Source: Cenococcum geophilum
Lineage: Eukaryota
Assembly: GCA_050273025.1 (NCBI GenBank)
Contig: CP158635.1
Coordinates: 2,728,001-2,792,000, forward strand
Direction of reading: 5' to 3'
DNA length: 64,000 bases
This document shows, piece after piece, positions 26,187-40,331 of this stretch (its first letter is position 1; each line of letters begins with the position of its first letter). The notes under the pieces are model-generated. The model was not told the origin of the DNA. It did no database searches and worked only from the letters and a program-made list of their open reading frames with translations. Both the position numbers and the translations under genes were made by a program.

Positions 26187-29125
26187 TAGTATACTAAATC
26201 TTAAAATAGTATTCTATAAGCATCTCTGCCCATCTAATTTATCTTTAGTTAAGTTCCTTTATTATTAAGAATCCTATTAAGTTCTTATACTCCGTCTTAA
26301 CTATAAATAGTTTTTCTATGCCTTATAAGAATGCTCTCTATTTTTTAAGTGCTATAATTATACCTAATAACTCCTTATTATAGATGTTATAGTTTAACTT
26401 TAGTAGTGTTATCTTCTAACTATAGTATACTACTAGGTGCTATTTATCTTTATATTTCTATAGAAAGCACGCTTCTAGTATAAAGTTTAATATATCTGTT
26501 TCCATAACCGTTTCTAGCTTTAGTTAGTAAATCTTAAGGATTAGTTCCTAGGTAAATAACTCCTTAAGTTTTATAAATAGTTTCTTTTACTTATTTCCCT
26601 ATACTTATAGTTCCTCCTTCTTTATTAGTCTTATAAATGGCTTAGTATTTGCTAACTATTACGCTATAAACCTTCTATAGTAATTGCAAAACCCTAAAAA
26701 TAATTTTAGCTATATAACGTTCTCTAGTTCCTACTAATTTACTATAGCTTTAATCCTCTTTAAATCTATACTAAGTTAGCCTAGTTTAATAATAAATTTA
26801 ATAAAATCTGTTTTTTTGGTAAAAAAAACTCGTATTTCTTAATTGCTACTAGTATCTATTCTTCTTATAGTCTCTTTAAGACCCACTTAACGTATTCTCT
26901 ATATTCTTCCTTAGTTATTAAGTAGATAATAATATCGTTAAGGTATACTATAATTTATTTATTTAAGTGTTCTCCTAATACGTTATTAATACACTTTTAA
27001 AACGTCGCTAGTACGTTTATAAGCCCGAATTATATAACTAATAGTTTATATAGTCCTTCCTTAATCCTAATCTAATAGTACGCCTATCTTAGATCTATCT
27101 TTATAAAGATTTACGCGTTACCTATCCTATTTTAGATTTTGCTAATTAAGGGTAAAGAATATCTATCCTTCCTAGTAATGATATTTAACTATCTATAGTT
27201 AATATATAACCTTAGTTTACCGTTTTTCTTTAGTATAAATAATATTAGATAACCCGCTAATAACTGTAATGGTCTAATATATCCCTTTTATAAGTTCTCT
27301 TAGACAGACTCTTTAAGTGCCTATAACTCTTTTTCTGTAAGCTTATAGGTTAGAAAGAACCTTAGACTTATTTCTAGTTCTAACTCTATCTTATAGTCCT
27401 ATACTATATACTCTAATAGCTTTTTACTCTTTAGTAACTATAGCTTCTTACCATACTTATGGTATCTTTTTAGTACGTAACTTAGTCCTTTTTCTATTTC
27501 TTTATAGGTTGCTCCTACTTAGTACTATACTAATTTAGTTTATTATCGCATTTTATATTATTAAGTATCCCTAATATTAACCTAACCTATAACCTAATTA
27601 ATCTTTAGATTATATTCCTGTAACTAAGGTATACCTAATACTGCCTTATCTTATCCTAATAGTAAGATATTAAAAGACATTCTAACTTATCTCCCTTTAA
27701 TAGTTATTTAAATAGGTCCTATTTTAAGGTTAATAATGCCTCCTCTATAGGCTATTAGATCTTCTAAAATTGTAACTAATAGATATAAGTGCTCCTTCTA
27801 TCTGTGTAGTAGCCCTATCCTTTTAACTATTACTAGCGAGATGTGGTTCCTTATTGCTCTACTATTTACTAATACTTTAAACTATTAATCTTGCTAATTA
27901 ACTTATAAATTTAGGTGTTATCCTTAAATTCCTTTAAGGGTTTAAGGCTTTACTATTAGTTCCCTCTAGTCCTATAGGCCTCTACTTTTCCTAACTATTA
28001 GCTACTAGATCCTATTTATACTTAGTCTACTTTTAGTTAATACTTAGTTCGCTTTTTATCTTTAATATACTATAGATAGGTATTCTCTAGACATTTTTAC
28101 TATTATTATCTATCTAGGTATTTTTCTATAAGGAATCTTTTTAGTTAAAGTATTAAGTCCCCTTGTTTTTAAACTTCTATAGGGTGCTAACTATGTATAT
28201 ACTTAGCGTTTCTATACTTTACCTTATCCAGTGCCTAATATATCCTTACTAGGTACTTCCGGTTTCTATTTTTAGGTGCTCTATATATTATTTATATATA
28301 TAATCTATACTAATGTGTAATACGCTTAGTGTCTTAGGTTAACTCTTAGCTTATCTTTATCCTTGAGTTTAAATCTATACTATATTAATCTAAGCGTTAT
28401 AACTTTATTTATAGGTACTAAGATTTACCTTTTACTTCTCTAGTCCTCTAATTACTCCTTTAAATCCTTTAACGTTATAATTAAGGCTCCTTTAATATAA
28501 GTTATAGCCTTTTTTATAATTGAGTGGTTTTAGATAACTTGTTTGTCTAGCTATATATAAAAATCTTCCTACTTATTGTTATATTGCTATTTATACCACT
28601 TTTAATATAACCCCTTAAGTGTATACTGCTTATCCGTTAAGAAGTATCTTCTTATTACTGCATTATAATAGCCTTTTATATATTGTTCTTTAAACCTAGT
28701 TCGAATTCCTAGATCCTCTTCTTGTTCTAGTTTAATAAGCTACTTAGCTCTTAGTGTGCCTACCTTAGGCCTATTAGTGATTCTTTATATAGGTGCTCTA
28801 TTCCTTATATGTCCTAGTATACTAGATCTCTTATCTAGTTTCTGCTCTTGCTATAAGGTAATTCTTACTCTAAATTCCTTTATGGTTTTTTTCTTTTCGC
28901 GTCTTATAAGTAGATTCTTAAAGTTTCCTTACTTCTTAATTCCTTTATTAATAGTCCTTATCTATATGTTAAAATCTTAGTTCTATAGAATTTCTAATCC
29001 TAAGCTTGCTTCTGTTTTAAGCCTTACTCCTACCTTAGTCTAACTAGGCTTAGGTGTTCTTATCTCATTTTAAGAGTTTTAAATTTTACTTATTTTATCT
29101 TAAGAGTCTTATACCTTTAGGAAAC

Positions 29126-32100
29126 TGTTGGTTACACAGGGTGACTCACCAATAACGACTACTCGAGTAGGGTTACAGTGATGTTGGTTAATAAAGCTTT
29201 TTGATTAGAATGAGGAAGGGTAAGGAGCTTAAGGCTCCTCGCCACACTAGTGCCGCGGCGACACGTGACGACCGCTTGCCTCATTCCCAACACTAGCAAC
29301 TCTTCTTTTATGGTTGCCATCTATATATAACTACTGCTTAACTAGCGTAACAAATATCAATCCTCCTTACTTACTATTACCATTGTAATATAAGTCTCGC
29401 TATCCTAAAATTTGCCTCTTAGTATGTGGTGCTTTCTTACTAAGGAGTCGTTAGTGGATATTATGTTAGGGTCGCCAAGGCGCTAGTTATAAGCGAGCTA
29501 ATAGCGATTTTCTATGCCGGGTATAGAAAATCCTAATTGGCTGGTTGAAATTAGGGTCCGTAGAATATCGTAGGTGGAAGTAGTAGAAGTCGGTTAGCTA
29601 TAGGCAGGGCAGCAAGGGTCTATTGTAATAGCAGTACAGTGCTAGCGTAGGGTCGGTTCCGTAGGTAGATTAGCACGGAGTCTTATTACAGGGTTAGTTC
29701 GTAATAGTAGGCGTATTAGCGCTATTGTTGTCTAGTTTATAGTTCGTGTCGTGGGTATATTAGCATAAGGCTTATCGGGTTTATAGCTGCCGCAAATACT
29801 AGCAGTTCTTTCTTTGTGCTTTACCTGCGTAACTATGCCGTTCCAACCGCTCCCCCCCCCTACATTACTCTCTCTTTATAGCACCCTCTATAAGAACTTC
29901 CTGTCTGGATTACGCTAGTAGCCACCTTTATAGCTACCTTGGGAACTACAGAAGTCTTAAAATTCCCCTCCACACTAGATCTTCTGAAGCTTATTAAATA
30001 TTTATAGAGAAGTAGAGGCTTATTGCGGAGATTACTGCGGAGATTACTGCGGAGATTGCTGCGGAGATTACTAGTAGGACGGAGCTTAAGCGGACGGAGC
30101 TTGTGTGGACGGAGCTTGTATAGACGGAGCTTATATAGACGGAGCTTATGCAGACGGAGCTTATAGGGACGGAGCTTAAGGCACGGGTTAAGATACGACA
30201 GCTTGAGGAACTTAAGGTGTTTAATAGCCTAAGGTTATCTATAGTGGTTTCTACAGAGGCTGCTACGGAGGTTGCTAGTAAGGTTACTGCGGAGGTTCTT
30301 ATAGAGGTTCTTATTAAGCTTGCTAGCGGGATAGAGCTTATATGGATAGAGCTTATATAGACGGAGCTTATACAAACGGAGCTTATAGCTGTCCATTATT
30401 AGAATTCCCTTAAGAGTTAAACTTCTTTATAGCGCGTATTTAGTGCTTAATCTTAATCTCTTATAGAGTCCATTTATGCTCTTCTTTTATATTAATAACA
30501 TGCTCCTAAATATTGTCTCTAATAACGCCCCTATCTATAGGGACGAATACTCCATACTCCCGTAAAAAGTCACGGAAGTCTTATATAATATCCTTGTTTG
30601 CAGGAGCCTATATTTCCTTTATCCATCTAATAAAGTCCTCTCTTATATATTCCCATAGCGCGGTATTATCGTATTTACTGTCTTTATAGTATGCTATGTG
30701 GTATAATAAGAATCCGTTTAGGTCTTATAGTTTAGCGTTTATAAGGTTAATGTCTTTATTCCATATCTTTAGGTCGATATCTTTCTTATACTTCTTTGGG
30801 TAGGTTAACGCCATAATAGGTATAAAATCGACGGGGTGTCGTACGTCGAAGGTAGGTAGGATTTTCGGTTTTATAGGATCTCGTAGGTTTACTGTCAAGA
30901 GGTAGGCAATTTAAGATGTTATTTAACGCGTTTTGGACGTTAACTTAGGACCTTAGGTTTAGTGACACTTCTAACCTAAAGTACTTAACTGTCACGGGAC
31001 ACCCCCGTAATACCTTGTACACGTCCACCTGTTTCCACCAACTTAGCAATTAGAGACCAACCGCGAAATGGCAATCTAACGGCAATCTAATGGCAATCTA
31101 ACGGCAATCTACGGCATTCTGCTATATTCTGCCAAGTTCCACTAAATTCTGCCAAGTTCTGCCAGGACCACGACCTGAACCCTATTCTGCCTATATACGT
31201 ATTAACTAAGCAACTAAGTTAACAATATATGCCCTTTCTTCCCGTTTCCCTACCTTCTTTCCTTACGTAATGTCTTGACTTCTTATACAGTTTATGTACA
31301 TAGCTTAATAATATCTACCTTGCTATATATTACCGCCGCTTATACTTACTCCGTAACACTACGTTGCATTAACTTTATATACCACCTCCGAAATGCAGAA
31401 CGACCCCGAAGCCTCTATAACGGCCGCCGGCATCATATCCGCACTCCGGGAACAACTGGCAGAAATATAGAAGTCTTTTATAAACGCCCTCATATAAAAC
31501 CAAGCCACTTTAAATTAACGATAAGCCGAACAAGAAGCATAATACTAGCGATTAATTAAGGACCTCCAAGAGGAAATCCGCACACTTAAGACGCCTATAT
31601 TAGGGCCTTAAGACCGAACACCATCTCCAGAGATAAACACGCGGAACGTGAGCCCCGAACCTATAGCAGCTGTCCACCTCGAACCAACTACTATACCAAA
31701 ATAATCCAAACGACTACTAGACCCCCTAGTATTTACCGGTAAATAATAAGAACTCTAATTATTCCTAAGCTAGCTTAAAAATAAGCTAACTGGTAACGCT
31801 AACCGTTACCTAACCGAAGCTAACCGACTCTGTTACGCCCTAAGTCGACTAGGAGGAGAAGTAGCCGACCTTATTAAACCTCTTCAGCTAACCTTAGTAT
31901 AAAGCCTAGTTGTACTTCTCAAAGCCTTATACGGTGACCTAAACCGCTAAGCTACTGCCTAGAGAAAGATAAACCACATAGCTTAAGGAACGAAAAGTTT
32001 CCTAATATACTTCTCTAAATTTAACCGTTACGCAAGGGAAATAGGCTGGAACGACTCCGCACTAATTAACAGCCTCGTTAAATCTCTAAGCCCTAAACTG

Positions 32101-35100
32101 AAAACCTCCCTAATAGGCGTAGACCTACCGGGAGCCCTTAACGCCTGCGCAAACGTCGTTAACAAACGGTATAATAATATACTACGCCTGACACCGAAAT
32201 ACGCTCCTCGATACAATACGACAGCCCCGCGAATATCTACTAAGTCGTCTCAGCCTAAGCACCCTAACGCCATGGATATTGACACTGGAACCCTAGAGTA
32301 CGCCCCACTAGGGTTTCCTAAATAAGAAAGACGTATTAAGCTAGGTCTCTGCTTTAAGTGCGGAAGTAAGGACCACATCTTAAGATATTGTCTCGTCCCC
32401 TTACCTACGCCCCAAAACGATTTACGAACGGCCAACACCAGCAGCCGTTTACCGCATCAATCTTCCGGTTACCGTCCCTAATCTCTACCTAGTTCCAGCC
32501 CTATGTCTAGCAAGCACCATTTATAGGGACGAAGCTACAGCCGACGTCCTATAAGAACCCCACCCTAATCGCCTCCAAAAGGAAGGTTTTGGAGCTAAGT
32601 CGCTCTCTAGGACGGCTCTGCCATAGGATCTCGTTAAACGTATTTAACGTCACGAACTCCGACTCTTGGGACCGTAGCATAACTATTAACTGCCGTCTTC
32701 GGCAAAATAGTTAATAGGCTAATGCTTAAATCCTAATTAATATAGGAGCTAGTAGCATAGGATTTATTAATAAGATCTTTGTATAAGATAATAGTTTTAC
32801 CCTAACCCCCCTTAACCGGCATATTAACATATTTAAATTTAATGGCAAACGCACCGTCTTAGGCTATATTACCTACGTAGTATTCCTAAGACTCTAATAC
32901 CTAAACTACAAAGAATTAATTAAACTCTTTATTACCACCCTAGGTCACTCGGTAATCCTTAGACAACCCTAAATAAAGCTATATAAGGTAACTATTAATT
33001 AGGACAACCTTAAGCTTTTATTTACCGCCTTTTATTACAAGCAGAAGTGCCTTATAACTCGCTGCTTAGACCTAGAACTAAAATCTAAAAAATCTACTAG
33101 GATCTGCTAGTCTAAAATTTCCATAACTGTCTACCCCGCGCCTAAAGAATCTACTAGATTCCACTAACCTAGGAATTCCACCGAATTCCACTAACGTAAG
33201 ATTTCCACTAATATCCATTAAGGATCTAAAAATTCCACCGAACCCTATAAACAGACCCTAAGTACTACACCGCCCCGAGCCAAGCAAAAGCTTAAGCTCT
33301 ATATACGAAAATACTAGAAGGACTGGTATTCTACTATGAAAAGGATTCTTAAAGAACCCAAACCCGAATTTAACACTAACTCTATACCTAATACCGAACC
33401 TAAACCTAAATAAAAAACTATGGACAATCCGAGCGAGCTCGGCATCCTAGATATCCGCATGATTGGAGCTACCCCGCTAGCGTAACTTGCTAAGAAACCT
33501 GAGTATACGATCTTTGCTATTACGATGGCCGATATTAAGAAGGCCTTAGTACTAAAGAAGCATACCAACCCTGCCACGAAGGTACTAATAGAGTATTATT
33601 ATCGCCTAGATATATTCTTATAAAAGGAAGCTAATAAGCTACTAGAATACCGACTATATAACTATAAGATTATACTCGAAGAAGGAAAGCAGCCTAGATT
33701 TAGACCCTTATATAGGATGTCCTAAAATAAACTCTAAGTGCTATAAAAGTATTTAAACAAGAACCTAAGTAAAGGATTTATTAGAGTAAGCTTGTCGCCT
33801 ATAGCCGTACTAGTAATCTTCGTTAAGAAACCTAGCGGCAGTCTGCGCTTCTGTGTAGACTGCTAAGCTCTTAACGCCGTTACCGTTAAGAACTAATATC
33901 CGATCCCGTTAATATAAGAGACGCTAAACTGACTAAGTAAGGCTCGTTACTACACAAAGCTTAATATTATCTCTATATTTAACCGTCTCCGCATTACAAA
34001 AGGGGATAAATGGCTTACTGCATTTCGTACCTAATATGGACTATTTAAGTACTTAGTAATACCCTTTAGCCTCATAAACGCTCCGAGCTCGTTTTAATAT
34101 TATATAAACGATACCCTACGCCCCTACCTGGACATCTTCTATACTGCTTATATTAATAATATTTTAATATATAGTAATAACCTAACCAAATATCGGAAAC
34201 ACGTTGACCTTATCCTATAAGCCCTATATGGAGCTGGTTTATAATTAGATATAGATAAATGCAAGTTCTATAAAACGGAAGTCCTATACCTTGGACTCCT
34301 TATTTCTATAAACGGTATATAAATGGACCTAAAGAAAGTCAAAGTAATTATAAACTGGTAAGAACCCGAGAACGTTAAGGATGTAAGAGCCTTTATAGGA
34401 TTTGCTAATTTCTACTAACGGTTTATTAATAACTTCTCCGCCCTAGTTTTACCCCTTATAGCTCTAACCTAAAAGGATAAAGTCTTTATCTTTAATAAGG
34501 AATGTAAGAAGGCCTTTGCCTATTTAAAGGTTATATTTACTACTACGCCCGTGCTCTAATACTTCAACCTAAACCAAATAAGTATTATAAAAGCTAACTT
34601 ATCTAACTACGTCACTAGAGGTATCCTGTTTTAATATAATAAGGATAGAGTATTATACCCCGTAGTATACTTTTTAAAACAACTAAGTCTAGCTAAATGT
34701 AACTACGAGATCTATAATAAGGAATTGTTAGCTATTATTAGGTGTTTTAAATAATAGCGACCCGAACTAGAAGGCGCTGGATTTCCGATTAAGGTCCTTA
34801 GCGACTATAAGAACCTATAGTACTTTACGACCACGAAATAGCTAAGTTATCATTAGGCCCGCTAGTTAGAGTACCTATCTTATTTCCGATTCTCAATTAC
34901 GTACTGCTTAGGCGTCTAAGGTTAGAAGCCTAATGCCCTAACTTAATGCTTGTAAGATATGCTAGCCCTAAAAGAAGCGTGCTCTTATTAAAACTAGACC
35001 CTACTTTGCCCTAAACTATTTAACCCTTCTACTAAAGATCTTATAGTATACGTCTTTAAAATAACTGATTGATTAATTGAATAGATTATAGTTAATAAAT

Positions 35101-37347
35101 ACCCAAATAACGAGTTTATCTAAAAGACGCTTAAGCTAATATAAGATGGCATTAGACGCTCTAAAAAGATTTCTCTAAGTGAATACGAAGCCTGTAGAAA
35201 CTGCTTGTATTACTAGAACCATCTAGTTATCCCTAATTATAATAAGCTTAAGCTTAAACTCCTTAAACACGTATATAATTTACCTATCGCCGGCTACCTA
35301 GGCTAAGGAAAGACCCTGGAACTACTCTAACGGGAGTATTATTGGCCGAATATATATAATATGACACGAAGGTACGTCTCTAGCTGCCACACCTGCTAAC
35401 GAGCTAAAGCCTCACATAAGACATATAACGGTCTTTTAAAGCCGCTGCCTGTTCCGGACCGGAGATAGAAGGATATCTTAATTAACTTTATTGTTAACCT
35501 TCCTAAAAGTAGAGGCTGTATAAACATTATAGTAGTTATAGACTAACTATCTAAAATGAGACACTTAATCGCCTGCCCTAATATATTAACGCCTGCCGTT
35601 GCTTAATTATTCTTAGATTATATATGGAAACTTTACGGACTCCCCGAAACGATTATCTCTAATAAAGGCAGCTAGTTTGTTTTAGTATTCTGGAAAGAAC
35701 TAACTACTTGACTCCATATTAAAGTACTATTATCTACCGCGTATTACCTAGAAATGGATGGCTAAACGGAACGCGTAAATGCTATAATAGAACAGTATAT
35801 TTGGATATATACGTTGTATTTATAGGATAACTAGATTAACTGGCTCGCATTTGCCGAGTTTACTATAAATAACTCCATCTCGGAAACCACGAAAGTCTCC
35901 CTGTTTTTAGCTAATTACGGCCAGCACCTATAAATGGGTTTTAAACCCTTTAGTAATGTTCCTTACCCCGCTTATTACGCCTTATAAGTTATAAAAGTAA
36001 ATTAATTCGTAGAGAAGATGGAGGAACTATAATAGTTCCTTATTAATGAGATAATATGGGCTTAATCTGTCTATAAAGCCGCAGCGAATAAGAAATGAAC
36101 CCTAGCACCGGCCTATTAAATTGGTGATTTTGTCTGGCTAGATATAAGAAATCTGAACACAAAACGACCTACTAAGAAACTTAATTGGAAGAACGCTGGC
36201 CCTTATAAGGTTGAAAAGGTTATCTCTTCTTATACCTATTGATTGAAGCTCCCTAATACGGTTAAAATCTACCCTATATTTTATACGTCAGTCCTCCGCC
36301 CTACTGCCCCCGTATTAGACGCCCTGCCTAGATAGATATAAGACCCTCCCCCACTAGTTAAAGTAGATGGTGAGAATGAGTACTTTATTAAAAGAATTAA
36401 CGATATTAAGTACGATTAACGGAAACGCTAATATATGTATTTTATGAAATAGAGAGGCTTTACTAAGTCCTTATGGGAACCTATTAACTCTATAGGACTT
36501 ATATAAGCCGCAGAAGACTTTTATAAACTCTACCTAGAACTACTATAGCCCTATCTCATAGAAGCTTGAGTTTAAAGGGGGGGTACTGTTATAGGACACC
36601 CCTATAACACCTTGCACACGTCCACCTATTTCCACCAACTTAGTAATTAGAGATTAACCGTAAAATGGCAATTTAATGGTAATCTGATGGCAATCTAACG
36701 GCAATCTACGGCATTCTGTTATATTCTGCCAAGTTCTACTAAATTCTGCTAAGTTCTGCCAGGACTATAACTTAAACCCTATTTTGCCTATGTACGTATT
36801 AACTAAGCAACTAAGTTAACGATATATGCCCTTTCTTCCCGTTTCCCTACCTTCTTTCCTTACGCAACGTCTTAACTTCTTATATAGTTTATATATATAG
36901 CTTAATAATATCTACCTTGCTATATATTACCGCCGCTTATACTTACTCTGTAACATTAACCAAATCTTTGTAAACGCGGTTATTTTGCGTAATAGACGCA
37001 ACTTGGTATCTCCTAGTACTTAGTAACACTTCTATTACTAGTTTTCCGCAAGTCTAAGGTAGCACAGTGTCGCCGGGATCTATTCTATATAAGCGCATAT
37101 AGCACCTCTATACGAGACTGTCTCTTCTATTTAAAGACCTAGCTGCTCTATAGTTAACTATATATTTAACTACTAATCAGTGTTGGTTATATAGGGTGAC
37201 TCACTAATAACGACTACTTAAGTAGGGTTATAGTGATGTTGGTTGATAAAGCTTTTTAATTGGAATGAGGAAGGGCGAGGAGCTTAAGGCTCCTCGCCAC
37301 GCTAGTGCCGCGGCGACACGTGACGATTGCTTACCTTATTCCCGACA
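29126..37347 (-). mobile_element. Short non-autonomous LTR element D (~2.25 kb without its nested Gypsy; gag-like ORF only)
   Basis: 167-bp LTRs at 29126-29292 and 37181-37347. TSD GAAAC at 29121-25 and 37348-52. Minus-strand ORF from ATG 30814 (MALTYPKKY..ALWEYIREDF..FRDFLREYGVFV) with 15-bp QAP-type repeats at ~30075-30390. Confidence 0.9.
30990..36955 (+). mobile_element. Full-length chromodomain Gypsy G1 (5.97 kb), RIP-inactivated
   Basis: 369-bp LTRs at 30990-31358 and 36587-36955. TSD TTAAC at 30985-89 and 36956-60. Gag zinc knuckle CFKCGSKDH ~32350; RT AYINNILIY ~34148; integrase and chromodomain (ENEYFIKRI..KWRGF-like) ~36370-36490; PPT AAAGGGGGGG. Confidence 0.95.
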
Positions 37348-39923
37348 GAAACTTTATCCTAAGCTTATTTATATATATTTAAACTAAGCTACTACCCTAC
37401 TCTATTAGTTTTTATTTATTATAGGTCCTTAGGTTCCTTATATCTCTTTATAAGAATCTTAAGTCTTTAGCCTTTTACCTTTATTAAGTGGTAAATTAGC
37501 ACTAGTAATTATTTGCCTACTTAATCCCTATAGGATACTTTTCCTGCCGTTTTATAAAGCGATGAATGCCGTATCTAATGGTGTTATAATTCCCGTTTCT
37601 AACCCTTGCTCTATAGCGGTCTTTGTTTCTATTTCTATTATTACGTCCTTAAGGTTTATATACTTCTAGTAAGCTGCTTTTATTACCTTATTATCGCTAA
37701 ATATTTCGCCTATATTAAATTTATCGTCCTTAATATCTAATCTGCGTAATAGTTTATTAGTTCCCTTATACTCTAAAGGTTTTAGATCCTATAGCTAATA
37801 GCTTACGCTATACTTAGCGTCCTTATATATTTAGTATACGTTGTTATAATAAAACATAAAACTTCTAATTAAATATTCTCTTATTCCTTATAATATATTA
37901 TTATTCCTCTATATATATATATATGTCTTTTGCTAGTCTAGTTCCCTTTACTGCGTAGTTATATTAACTACCTCTATAATCTCTAGCGAAATAACTCTGT
38001 TTTTTATAATTTATATAAGCTCCGTCTTTAAACCATTTTTCCTATTATAGGTTGCGCCTAAACGTCTTCTACTGCTAAGATCCCTTGTTTAGCCTATGTT
38101 CCCCTAACCTTTAATTATTAGGTCCTTACCCTCTAGGCTTTTATAGTTATTTCGTCTATCTTTTATAGGTTTCTTTAGTACTACTTAAGTCTATTAGCTC
38201 TGCGCTATACTATAGTTTCTAGGTTTACTTTAGTTATTGCGTACTTTACGCCTTATATAACTATAGAACTCTATCTTAACCTCTTTTAGCTTATTCCCGT
38301 TAATAGGTTCTATTATTTATCTTAATTACTTAATTACTTAATTCTCTTAGATTGTCCGCATCTTCTATTAGGATAATCGCGTCCTAAACTTTTACCTTAA
38401 GTCCCTATTTATACTATGCTATTAGCGCCTTATTATTCTATTTAACCTATATTACCAACGTCTAAAACTGTATTATATACTTAATTGCTAAGGTTCGCTA
38501 TATTAAGTCCTATAGCTTCCTCTCTACCTTAGTTATTACTTATAGGTCTTTAAATATTTATATAAGTTCTGTAAAGCCTTCCCAACTTATAAATATAAAC
38601 TTAACTTCCTAATTAATAGTGCTTATACCATTTGCCTATACTTCTATAAGGTAGGGTTTAAACTATTTAAGTGCCTTTCCTATTAGAAACAGTCCTATAT
38701 ACGCTACTTAATCTATAAGTGTTGCTAGTTTAGCTCCCTCCTATATAACTTTAAAGTATATCTATATTAGAAATCCTTTAAGTTTTAGTCTCTCTCCTAA
38801 GAATCGTTTAATGGATAGTAACTTAATCTTAGCTGCGTCTATTCTATTAAGTTTTGCTTTAAGTATTATATTATTATCTATTAACCGGTTAACTATCTCT
38901 TATAATTATCTAACCGTAACTAACTGTAAGTTAGTGTCCGCCATGCTGGTATTCCCGCTTATTTTTAATATTATAGCTGCTGTTAATGGCGTTATAGCCA
39001 CTGCTTTTAGTGGTATATTATCTTAACTTCTTCTACTATAACTGTAGTAGTGATTATATAACAAAGCCTTATAGGAAATACTATAATAGACTTATTAATG
39101 GGCTAGGTATATAGGTATAGAATAGTTAAATAATAATAATAACTAGTGGAGTGGTTGCTTAACAGATTAACTCTAATTATATTCTAAGAATTACTATAAG
39201 GAAGGAACTATCTAGATAGGGACTGTGGTCCTTTAAATATACGACCGTACTTTTATAAAATCCTTCTTATACGTAATATACGTGAGATACGCATTATACG
39301 TATGTTCCCTTCGTATACTTTATATACTGCGTATAACATTATATAACTCGCTTACCATTCCTCGTTACATGGTTCCACCGGCTCTATCTTAGACCGTACT
39401 TATATTAACTAACTAGCTTCTTTTAACTCCTCTCTAAGTAGTCGTAATATTGTACTTAAAGCGTCCGTAATATCCTATTATAGTTATATTATAGCGCATC
39501 TATAACGCTATACTAGTATCCTTAAGTTAATAAATTGGCGTAACTTTTAAGGCATAGTTAAAGCGGAGCCTACTATTAGCTCTCCTATTAGCTAAGTAGT
39601 AAAAAGGAGTAGGATATAAAAGGCCTTTATATCCTTTAACTAGACCTATATTAAGTACAATATCCTTTAAGGAAATTCCTCCTTACTTTCTTACAAAGAC
39701 ACTTAAACTATTAGCTACTTTATCTCTTTAATAATAAGTGATTCAGATGCTATAATAGAGGATACTATATTATATTGGATTAAGGTACGCTCTAAACCTT
39801 AAATCCTTTATAGGATACCGTTAATAGAGTTAGGGTATACTACTTATTTCTAATTCTAAGGGCTTTAATAAGGCCGTTAATATAGTAGGGTAAGTATGCG
39901 ATAGTTACTTCACTATAGTTTTA

Positions 39924-40331
39924 ACGTAATTCACCCCTAAGCTAGCTATACCCCCAAGCTGGCCACCCCAAAAACTACCAAAAATCCAGAAAATCTGTGC
40001 CTTAATATCTTAACAATAGCTTAATAATAAATTCTAAAATTTTATAATTAGCCTTTTATACCTACTTTAAGACTCTTATTTAACTTTAAAAGTGATTTAT
40101 TAAGTACTTCTAGAGATATAGAAATTTAGCTTAAAATTAGGGGCTAAAACTTAATATCTTAATAACGGCCAGGTTTATTACTCTAAAACTTTAATAAGAG
40201 TCTTAAAGTAGGTATAAAAGGCTAATTATAAAATTTTAGAATTTATTATTAAGCTATTATTAAGATATTAAGGCACAGATTTTCTAATTTTTGGTGGTTT
40301 TTAGGGTGGCCAGCTTAGGGGTGGATTACGT
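39924..40331. mobile_element. Fot1/pogo-type MITE (408 bp) with long inverted arms
   Basis: TA-ACGTAATTCACCCC ... GGGGTGGATTACGT-TA. Arms ~39924-40082 and ~40192-40331 are near-perfect reverse complements. Confidence 0.88.

Larger units (their letters stand above)
14715..39472 (-). mobile_element. Ty3/Gypsy element hosting multiple nested insertions
   Basis: 416-bp LTRs at 14715-15130 and 39057-39472. TSD TCCTA at 14710-14714 and 39473-39477. PPT complement CTATCTCCCTCCTCTTT follows 15130. Minus-strand pol remnants: RT YLNDIII ~26940, RNaseH ADALSR ~23675, integrase ~22900-23250. Gag remnants ~37350-39000. Confidence 0.92.
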
